This document shows positions 26,145 to 32,906 of a stretch of DNA of 32,906 bases, piece after piece. Every line of letters begins with the position of its first letter. The first letter of the stretch is position 1. The notes under the pieces were generated by a model that saw only the letters and a list, made by a program, of their open reading frames with translations, ran no database searches and had not been told where the DNA came from. The stretch is from the NCBI GenBank assembly GCA_036676495.1, contig JAKFCT010000079.1, positions 1-32,906 of the forward strand. Direction: 5' to 3'. The translations under genes were made by a program, and so were the position numbers. The DNA comes from Candidatus Sericytochromatia bacterium (GTDB lineage: Bacteria > Cyanobacteriota > Sericytochromatia > S15B-MN24 > UBA4093).

Positions 26145-26800
26145 CGAAACGCCTTTACCTGGCCCTCGCTGCGGCGGGGGCCGTCCTCTTGGCCTTCCTG
26201 GGCCTCACCAGTTGCCCCGCGCCGGATCCGGTCACGCCGCCGGCGGCGATCGCCTCCCCCATGCCCGCGTCGACCGCGGCCGCCAGCAACTCGACGGCCG
26301 CCACGGCGACGGGGACGATCAGGGCGACGATCCGGCGGCCGGTCGCTGGGCCCCATGCGCCTCAAATCAAGTCGGAAAACCTGCACAACGGGACTGAGGT
26401 CCAGTCGGGAAGCGGCGGGCCCCATGCGCAGAACTACGAGGAGATCGTCATCGAGGTCACGCAGACCGCGACGGCGGTCGCCAGCTCGGAGGCGTCGGCA
26501 GGTGCAGGCGTCCTATCGCCGGCGCAGGAGCGCCCGGAAATCGCAGGAGGGGAGCATGCCCGCCTCGGGGCGTTCGTCGGGACGGTGCCCGGGGCGATCG
26601 CCATTTCCTACCAGCTCGCCGATGTCGAGATCCCCCCCTGGGTGATCGGCACTCCGCTCGAGCTCGGCCTCGAGGTCGAGGGGAATACCCAGCAGCTCGG
26701 CGCTGGAGTCTCGGTCGGGTCGAAGGCCTTCGCCACCGGCGGCGGCTATCTCGGATGGGATGGGCCTGGCTGGTACGTGGGCCTCGGCATGAGATTCTGA
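26141..26800 (+). CDS. Spanin-position membrane/lipoprotein with C-terminal beta-strands
   Basis: ATGA overlap with the endolysin stop. Hydrophobic N-terminus with lipobox LTSC, Ala/Thr/Pro linker, ends in WYVGLGMRF. Confidence 0.7.
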   Translation: MTKRLYLALAAAGAVLLAFLGLTSCPAPDPVTPPAAIASPMPASTAAASNSTAATATGTIRATIRRPVAGPHAPQIKSENLHNGTEVQSGSGGPHAQNYEEIVIEVTQTATAVASSEASAGAGVLSPAQERPEIAGGEHARLGAFVGTVPGAIAISYQLADVEIPPWVIGTPLELGLEVEGNTQQLGAGVSVGSKAFATGGGYLGWDGPGWYVGLGMRF

Positions 26801-26805
26801 CCATT

Positions 26806-26832
26806 CCCCCGGCTTCGGCCGGGGGCTTTTCT
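26806..26832 (+). terminator. Terminator ending the late operon
   Basis: CCCCCGGC-TTCG-GCCGGGGG-CTTTTCT. Confidence 0.85.
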
Positions 26833-26879
26833 GCTTTCTCCCAAGACTCTGGCGCCTGTTTGCCGGAAGGTAGTTCGTA

Positions 26880-26915
26880 CCCCTACAGACTGTGTCGGAT
26901 GGCCGATGCTGAGCA
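26880..26915. other. Prophage-host junction (att site) within comEC
   Basis: ComEC reads LSIVMLSIG then HPTQSVGV instead of the expected QGD. The switch maps to about 26899-26901. Confidence 0.8.
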
Positions 26916-28530
26916 TGACGATCGATAGGTCGCGGGGACGGTCCAGCCGATCCCAGGCCGCGTAAGCCAGAACGGGCAGCATCAGCGCGAGGCCGCCCAG
27001 TCTCAGGTACTTCCGGCCGATGAGCCCCATCCCCCCGGCCAGGGAGACGTAGGCCAGGGCGAGCCAAGCCGCGGGCGGAAGCCTGAGGTACCAGGAGGAG
27101 CCGGGCAGTGGCAACGTCAGCTCGACGATTCCCACGAAGGCTCGCAGGAGCACGTAGGCTCCGCTGAGGAGGTGATGTCCCAGCAAGTCGGAAAGCGCCC
27201 CTCCCAGAACGGCAACGAACCCGATGATCGTCATGGCCTCCACCAGGAAGCACGTGACGGCGTTCAGTGGCAGGCTATAGGGCGAGAACTGCCCGAAGTG
27301 GAAGATCTGCAGCGGCAAGACCCAGAGCCCTGCTGCCAAAGCCATGGCAACGGCTTGAGCGAGTGTCTCGGGCAGCCTCTTGAAGAGGGGAAGGAGGATG
27401 GGCGTGGTATGCAGCAGCGAGAAGGTGGCGATCGCGCTGAACTGAAACCCCACGTCGAAGAGCAACGAGGGCCGGGCGAGGAGCATTCCCAGCACGACGG
27501 CTTCGAGGGTCAGGTAGCGCAGCCAGGGGCGCGCGACCGCCCACCCGACGATCAGCGCGCAGCCCATCCAGGTGGCGCGGACGACGGAGGGAGGCAGCCC
27601 GGTCATGAGCGCATAGCCCCAGAGGCCCGCGCAGCCGAGCGCGACGCCTAGCCAGCGGGGAATGCCGAACGCCGTGATCAGCCCCTTGAGCATCCCCCAG
27701 AGGAAGAGGATCTGGGCACCGCTCACGGCGAGCACGTGTGCCAGCCCGAGCGCCCGGAAGGCCCCGGCGGTCTCGGGGTCGATGGGAGAGGCGCCGTCCC
27801 CGAAGAGTAGGCTGCCGAGCAAGGCGGCCTGCGCCTGGGGGAGGTGGCGCGACAAGAGGGCCAGTGCCTCGTTCTTGAAGGCGATCGCCCCTCCCACGAG
27901 GCTGGGAGGCGGATCCTCGGCGAGCGGCACGATCGCGCGGGCGTTCATGACGGCGAAGATGCCGCTGCGCGCCAGGTACTCCCGGTAGTCGAACTCCCCC
28001 GGGTTCTGGGCGCTGGGCGGAGCTTTCAGGGAGCCGCGGAGGCGCACGCGTTGCCCGTAGCGTAACGATCCGCCGCTTGCGACACGGTTCGCCGTCTCGC
28101 GCCTCTCCGTTTCGGGGCTCCCCGCCTCGCGGGACTCCGCCCGGACCAGGATCCTCCCGGAAATCCGGGAGGGGACGGGGCGCTGGAGGCTCTCGACCTC
28201 GACTTCGAAGCGGAGGCCGCGCTCCGTGCGTCGCGGGTCGCTCGCCACCGTGCCCACGATCTCGGCATGCCGCAGGGGGGCCTCGTGTACGGGGTCGTTG
28301 GGCCCCGGGAGGGGCATGCGCCAGGCGGTCCAGATCATCGCGAGGGGGAGGAAGCCGAGGGCGCACGCCCCCCTGAGCAGCCACGGTCGAATCCGCCGTC
28401 GGCCCAGTGCCAGGAGCGCGAGGCAGAGGATCCCGAGGGCCGCTGCGCCGGGCTCTGCGGGGCCGAGCCTCGTGCTCAGCCCCACGCCGAGCATGTGGCC
28501 GGCGAGGAGGGCGGCCAGGAGGCCGGTCAT
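26900..28530 (-). pseudogene. comEC: ComEC/Rec2 DNA-uptake channel, 5' part (~543 codons), interrupted by the prophage; frame reads through into phage DNA to a stop at 26746
   Basis: NPGEFDYREYL, GLAHVLAVSGAQI, PSVVRATWM, GFQFSAIAT and NAV motifs of the Competence domain. MBL domain absent. Confidence 0.92.
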
Positions 28531-29076
28531 CTAGAGCGTGAGCAAGGGGGCCAGGCGCTCGAAGCGGCGCGCGCCGATCCCGGGAACCTCCTTGAGTTCG
28601 TCGAGGCTGCGGAAGCGCCCCTTCTCACGGCGGTAGCGCAGGATCTCCTCGGCGAGGGAACGGCCGATCCCCGGCAGGGAGTCGAGGTCCTCGAGGCTCG
28701 CCTGGTTGAGGGAAAGGACGCGCTTGGTGGGGCGCGCGGAGGGGCGCGACGACCGTCCAGGGCGGGGGGAGGCGGTCGAGACCGTGGCTCCTGACGAGCG
28801 TGCTTGGGTTTCTTTGCTGGGGACCACCAGTCGCTCGCCGTCTTCGAGGACGCTGGCGAGGTTGAGGTCCGAGAGCACGGCTCCCTTGGCAATGCCGCCC
28901 GCCGCCTGGATGGCGTCGACTCCCCGGGACCCGCGCGGCAAGGTGTAGACGCCGGGCCGCTGGACGCGGCCGCTGATGTGGACGCGCACGGTGGATTCCT
29001 GGACTTGAACCTGCGCCTGGGCGACGCCCGCCAGGGAGAGCGCCAGGAGCATGACGAAGAGGCCCTTCCGTAGCAT
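28531..29076 (-). CDS. comEA: ComEA DNA receptor (SLBB + helix-hairpin-helix)
   Basis: VHISGRVQRPGVYTL..GSR..DAIQAAGG, LNLA..L.DGE, LNQASLEDLDSLPGIG and ELKEVPGIG motifs. Signal peptide; RBS AGGAG. Confidence 0.95.
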   Translation of the reverse strand: MLRKGLFVMLLALSLAGVAQAQVQVQESTVRVHISGRVQRPGVYTLPRGSRGVDAIQAAGGIAKGAVLSDLNLASVLEDGERLVVPSKETQARSSGATVSTASPRPGRSSRPSARPTKRVLSLNQASLEDLDSLPGIGRSLAEEILRYRREKGRFRSLDELKEVPGIGARRFERLAPLLTL

Positions 29077-29087
29077 GGCATTCTCCT

Positions 29088-29126
29088 AAATAAATAAGTT
29101 ACATCGTTATAACATCATAACATGAT
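29088..29126 (-). promoter_or_regulatory. comEA-comEC promoter region with extended -10 and ATGTTA repeats
   Basis: Minus strand ATGTTATGATGTTATAACGATGTAACTTATTTATTTAGGAG: TGn-TATGAT plus ATGTTA/ATGTTA/ATGTAA repeats. Confidence 0.55.
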
Positions 29127-29237
29127 CCAGCGAGCCGCTCGGGGCCCTCGATCCGAGGAGCGGGCGCTCGGGCCGAGAGGCGAGGATTTTCCTGGCGAAA
29201 TGGACGGTGGGGGCGGGGCCGCAAGATTAAGTGCTTG

Positions 29238-29246
29238 TGATAGAAT
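29238..29246 (+). promoter_or_regulatory. Extended -10 promoter for ylqD-rimM-trmD
   Basis: TGA-TAGAAT about 30 bp upstream of the ATG. Confidence 0.55.
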
Positions 29247-29275
29247 GGGAAAAATTCGTGATAGGAGAACCAGCC

Positions 29276-29722
29276 ATGACCGACTCGCTCAACCTTCGTC
29301 GTCAAGCCATCATCAAGGCGATCGTCACCGACACCTTCAAGCATCAGGCCTCTGCCGAGCTGCAGGGCGCCCTCCAGCAGATCGATATGCAGATGCAGCA
29401 GCTCGAGTTCCAGGGCAAGCGCGCCATCGCGGACCTCGAAAAGAAGGGCATCTCGCCGGCCGGCCCCGAGCTCACGGCCCAGCTCAACCAGCTCAAGGAG
29501 CAGATCGAGCAGGAGCGCCAGAACCTCTACTCCGCCAAGAACGACATGATGCAGAAGCTCAACATGATCGGTCAGCTCGAGCCCGGCAGCGAGTTCGTGC
29601 AGGGCAACGTCGACAACTTCGTTGACGTCAAGCTGGGCGACAACCTCTACGCCAAGCTTTCGGCTCCGGAGATCATCGTCAAGGACGGGATCGTCATCGA
29701 GATCCGCCAGCCGGAGGCCTAG
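29276..29722 (+). CDS. ylqD: YlqD-family protein
   Basis: LRRQAIIKAIVT, coiled coil, LEPGSEFVQGNVDNFVDVKLGDNL...EIIVKDGIVIEIR. Directly upstream of rimM; RBS AGGAG before ATG 29276. Confidence 0.85.
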   Translation: MTDSLNLRRQAIIKAIVTDTFKHQASAELQGALQQIDMQMQQLEFQGKRAIADLEKKGISPAGPELTAQLNQLKEQIEQERQNLYSAKNDMMQKLNMIGQLEPGSEFVQGNVDNFVDVKLGDNLYAKLSAPEIIVKDGIVIEIRQPEA

Positions 29723-30250
29723 ATGTCCGACGAGGAGCGCCTCCTCGCCGTCGGCCGACTGCTCAAGCCCCACGGCGTGCGCGGCGAGATCAAGGTCGCC
29801 GTCATGACCGACGATCCCGCCCGCTTCAAGAAGCTCGCCGACGTCACCGTCGAGCTCGTCAGCGGTCAGCGCGTGCCCCTTCACGTGGAGGCGGCACGCG
29901 TCATCGGTCCGGAAACCGTGCTCGTCAAGTTCCGCGAGTACGGCACCCCGGAGGCCGTGCTGGCCCTTCGCGACGGCCTGATCATGATCCCGCGCTCCCA
30001 GGGGGTTCCCCTGAAGCCGGGAGAGGTCTACTTCGCGGACATGATCGGCCTTTCGGCCGTCCTCCAGGAAACCGGCGCGGAGATCGGGACGGTGACGGCC
30101 ATCCTTTCGGCCGGCAACGACCTGCTCGAGATCACGCGCCCGGACGGCACGGAGGTCCTGATTCCCTGGGTCGACCCGTTCGTTCCCAAGATCGACGTCG
30201 CGGCGGGACAGGTCTTCTTGACCCCGCCTCCCGGCCTCCTGGAGGAGTAG
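29723..30250 (+). CDS. rimM: 16S rRNA processing protein RimM
   Basis: [32 protein letters not shown] and [13 protein letters not shown] motifs. Confidence 0.96.
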   Translation: MSDEERLLAVGRLLKPHGVRGEIKVAVMTDDPARFKKLADVTVELVSGQRVPLHVEAARVIGPETVLVKFREYGTPEAVLALRDGLIMIPRSQGVPLKPGEVYFADMIGLSAVLQETGAEIGTVTAILSAGNDLLEITRPDGTEVLIPWVDPFVPKIDVAAGQVFLTPPPGLLEE

Positions 30251-30251
30251 C

Positions 30252-30989
30252 TTGCGGATAGACGTCGTCACGCTCTTCCCTGGCATGTTCGAAGGCCCCA
30301 TGTCGGAGAGCATCATCAAGCGCGCTCAGGAAGCCGACGTCCTGGACCTCCGAATTACCGACCTGAGGGATTATTCCAAGGACAAGCATCGGAAGGTCGA
30401 TGATCGGCCGTTCGGCGGCGGGGCCGGGATGGTGATCAAGGCCGAGGTGGTCTTCGACTGCCTATCGGCCATGGAGCTCGCGCCCGGAGCGCGGGTGATC
30501 CTCACGGATCCCCAGGGCGTGACCTTCAACCAGAAGCTCGCCAACGAGCTCGCCTTAGCTCCGCAGCTGGTCTTCCTCTGCGGGCATTACGAGGGCTTCG
30601 ACGAGCGGGTGCGCGAAAACCTGGTCACCGACGAGATCTCGATCGGAGACTACGTGCTCACCGGAGGCGAGCTTCCCGCCATGGTGATGATCGATTCGGT
30701 CGTCCGGCTATTGCCGGGAGCCATCGGCAAGATCGAGTCCACGCACGAGGATTCGTTTTACACAGGCTTGCTAGATTATCCGCATTACACTCAGCCGGCG
30801 AGCTACCGGGGCTGGGAGGTGCCGGAGATCTTGCGGTCGGGGAACCACGGGGCGATCGCCCGCTGGCGGCGCGAACAGGCGCTCATGCGGACCTTCGAGC
30901 GCCGCCCGGACCTTCTGGAGAAGGCCCCCCTCACCAAGGAGGACCGGAAGTTCCTGAAGGAGCGCTGCGGCTGGGTGGCTCCGGTTTGA
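30252..30989 (+). CDS. trmD: tRNA (guanine37-N1)-methyltransferase TrmD
   Basis: [39 protein letters not shown] and SGNH motifs. Confidence 0.98.
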   Translation: MRIDVVTLFPGMFEGPMSESIIKRAQEADVLDLRITDLRDYSKDKHRKVDDRPFGGGAGMVIKAEVVFDCLSAMELAPGARVILTDPQGVTFNQKLANELALAPQLVFLCGHYEGFDERVRENLVTDEISIGDYVLTGGELPAMVMIDSVVRLLPGAIGKIESTHEDSFYTGLLDYPHYTQPASYRGWEVPEILRSGNHGAIARWRREQALMRTFERRPDLLEKAPLTKEDRKFLKERCGWVAPV

Positions 30990-31115
30990 CCCCCCTGGCC
31001 GGGGGGTATTTAATGCATGATCGGGTCTTGCGCGGCCCGCGCCTGCTGGCGCCGCGCGGAGTTGAGTCGGCCCTTTTTGATTAGGAACGGCGCCATGGCG
31101 CCCGTGAGGTGAGTC

Positions 31116-31544
31116 TTGCAACTGAACCGCATCTTGACCAATTTTGTCGTGACCGAGGATGGCATCTCGAAGATTCACCAGCTGCTCTCGCACCTGGTCA
31201 AGGACGTGGATGCTCAGGCGGCGATGCTCGTCGAGAAGTCCGGGCAGATGATCGCGACCGATGGGGATGTGCAGGGCCTGGACACTCAGGCGATCGCCTC
31301 CCTGGTCAGCGGCGCCTTCGCCTCCACCCGCGCGGTCGCGCGCCTCATCGGCGAGACCGAGTTCCAGGCGATGTTCCAGCAGGGCGAGCAGAGCAGCATC
31401 TTCATGTACGCCCTCGGCACCAACGACATCCTCGTCGTGATCTTCAACGACGTCAGCAAGACCGGTCTCGTCAAGGTTCAGGCCCAGCAGACGGCCATGG
31501 CCCTGTCGAACGAGATCGCCCAGATGCAGTCTCCCAACAAGTAA
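31116..31544 (+). CDS. Roadblock/LC7 domain protein (MglB-like)
   Basis: AAMLVEKSGQMIA, IASLVSGAFASTRAVARLIGETEF..MFQQGE and LVVIF....TGLV motifs. TTG start with RBS GAGGTG. Confidence 0.85.
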   Translation: MQLNRILTNFVVTEDGISKIHQLLSHLVKDVDAQAAMLVEKSGQMIATDGDVQGLDTQAIASLVSGAFASTRAVARLIGETEFQAMFQQGEQSSIFMYALGTNDILVVIFNDVSKTGLVKVQAQQTAMALSNEIAQMQSPNK

Positions 31545-31608
31545 GAATTCTGGTATCATGGCCTCGCTTGGTTAGCCGGCGAGCCGGCACGCGGAGGAAT
31601 CGATCCCC

Positions 31609-31992
31609 ATGAAGAAGTTCGTTGTAGCGCTCAGTGCCCTCATGCTTTCCCTCTCGGCCGGTGCGGCCCTCGCCTGCGGCGACGACGGCTGCAGCGCCGA
31701 GCAGTGCGCCATCACCGAGAAGGGCACCAAGGCCCATGGCGACCACGCCCCGGCCAAGGCCGTGACCGTCAAGCCCGGCTACACCCTCGCCACCCTCTCC
31801 GTCGACGGCATGGTCTGCGTCAACTGCGTCAACAAGGTCACGTCGACCCTCAAGGGCATGAAGGGCGTGGATGCGGTCAGCGTCGACCTCGAAGCCGGCA
31901 AGGCCTCCGTCTCTTACGACAAGAAGGCCGTCGAGCCCGCCAAGCTCGTCGAGATCGTCTCGAAGCTCGGCTACAAGGTCAAGCAGATCTAA
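31609..31992 (+). CDS. Exported heavy-metal-associated (HMA) domain protein, MerP/CopZ-like
   Basis: Signal peptide; LSVDGMVCVNC motif; extra Cys/His in the N-terminal linker. Confidence 0.88.
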   Translation: MKKFVVALSALMLSLSAGAALACGDDGCSAEQCAITEKGTKAHGDHAPAKAVTVKPGYTLATLSVDGMVCVNCVNKVTSTLKGMKGVDAVSVDLEAGKASVSYDKKAVEPAKLVEIVSKLGYKVKQI

Positions 31993-32008
31993 CGACCTGC
32001 CAAAACCT

Positions 32009-32046
32009 GAAGCGCCGCTCCCCTCGGGGAGCGGCGCTTCGTTTTT
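32009..32046 (+). terminator. Intrinsic terminator
   Basis: GAAGCGCCGCTCCCC/GGGGAGCGGCGCTTC perfect inverted repeat, then GTTTTT. Confidence 0.88.
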
Positions 32047-32165
32047 GGGGCTAGCGCCTGCGGCGGTTGCGAGACGCCCGTGGCTGGAGACCAGGAGAGC
32101 GAGCGTTAGCTGTGACCCCGATAGAGAGGGCGTGACAAGCATCGCTCGCTGACCTGAAGCAACGA

Positions 32166-32906
32166 CTAGGGGTAGATGCGGGTCAAGAGGCGCGGGAACG
32201 GAATGGTCTCGCGGATGTGATCCAGGCGGCAGATCCAGCGGATGGCCCGCTCGATGCCCAACCCGAAGCCCGAGTGCGGCACGGAGCCGAACTTCCGCAG
32301 ATCCAGGTACCAGTCATAGGCCTCGGGGGCGAGGTCATGCTGCTTCATGCGCTCCACGAAGAGGTCGTAGTCCTGGATGCGCTGCGAGCCGCCGATGATC
32401 TCGCCGTAGCCCTCGGGCGCCAGCATGTCGGCACAGAGGACGACCTCGGGGCGGTTCGGATCGGGTTGCATGTAGAAGGCCTTGATCTCCGTCGGGTAGT
32501 GGGTGACGAAGAAGGGGGTCTCGAACTGGTTGGCGAGGATGTCCTCGTCGTCGCCGCCGAAGTCCTCGCCCCAGGTGATGTCCGAGCCCGCCTTGCGCAG
32601 GCGCTCCACGGCCTCGTCGTAGGTGATGCGCGGGAAACCTTCTTCAACGGTCTTCGATAGCGTCGTGACGTCGCGCTCCAAGAAGGCCAGCTCCTCGCGG
32701 TTCTTCTCGAGCACGCGCTTCACCACGTGCTTCACGAAGTCCTCCTGGACCTGGATGCTCTGCCAGAGGTCGTAGTAGGCCATCTCGGCCTCGACCATCC
32801 AGAACTCCATGAGGTGGCGGCGGGTCTTGGACTTCTCGGCCCGGAAGGTGGGGCCGAAGCAGTAGACGTTGCCGAAGGCCATGGCGCCGGCCTCGAGGTA
32901 GAGCTG
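32166..32906 (-). CDS. asnS: Asparagine--tRNA ligase, C-terminal part (5' end outside window)
   Basis: [29 protein letters not shown] (motif 2), [14 protein letters not shown] and [11 protein letters not shown] (motif 3). The frame is open to the window end. Confidence 0.95.
   Translation of the reverse strand, partial: QLYLEAGAMAFGNVYCFGPTFRAEKSKTRRHLMEFWMVEAEMAYYDLWQSIQVQEDFVKHVVKRVLEKNREELAFLERDVTTLSKTVEEGFPRITYDEAVERLRKAGSDITWGEDFGGDDEDILANQFETPFFVTHYPTEIKAFYMQPDPNRPEVVLCADMLAPEGYGEIIGGSQRIQDYDLFVERMKQHDLAPEAYDWYLDLRKFGSVPHSGFGLGIERAIRWICRLDHIRETIPFPRLLTRIYP

Larger units (their letters stand above)
1..26900 (+). mobile_element. Prophage, late half (siphovirus-like: packaging, head, tail, lysis); right end inserted in comEC; left part outside window
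   Basis: Co-oriented terminase, portal, MuF, scaffold, coat, neck, tail, TMP, fibre, holin and endolysin genes in canonical order. No tail sheath. Abrupt switch to comEC sequence at ~26900. Confidence 0.95.

Noticed and set aside
26746-28530. 594-aa ORF as an intact ComEC
   Set aside because: The last ~50 residues are read from phage DNA (att region, terminator, end of the lysis gene), and the MBL domain is missing.
30990-31080. Structured RNA between trmD and the roadblock gene
   Set aside because: GC-rich pairings ending in TTTTT are adequately explained as a terminator region; nothing further supports an ncRNA.
1-32906. CRISPR array, rRNA, IS element or integrase
   Set aside because: No regularly spaced direct repeats, rRNA-like sequence, transposase or recombinase motifs were seen.

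Overview
High-GC bacterial chromosome segment. About 1-26,900 is the late half of an apparently intact siphovirus-like prophage, almost all on the + strand. Gene order: late regulator, ParB-methyltransferase, terminases, portal, MuF, scaffold, P22-type coat, neck, tail tube, G/GT chaperone with a -1 frameshift, tape measure, tail tip/fibre, holin, endolysin and a spanin-like protein. The prophage ends inside the host comEC gene at about 26,900, cutting it at the start of its metallo-beta-lactamase domain. No integrase is in the window. Host genes follow: comEC', comEA, ylqD-like, rimM, trmD, a roadblock/MglB-like gene, an HMA-domain gene and partial asnS. The least explained signals are three densely structured non-coding loci in the phage. 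They are (1) a hairpin cluster with an aberrant tRNA-like cloverleaf at 2.2-2.5 kb, (2) a multi-helix, probably pseudoknotted ~230-nt element upstream of the scaffold gene, and (3) an antisense four-way-junction RNA with its own -10 and terminator upstream of the holin. Also notable are a lipoprotein with a C-terminal beta-signal in the spanin position, an antisense lipoprotein moron whose promoter lies inside a late-operon terminator, and an internally duplicated tail-tube protein. All calls come from reading the sequence by eye; no searches or folding programs were run.
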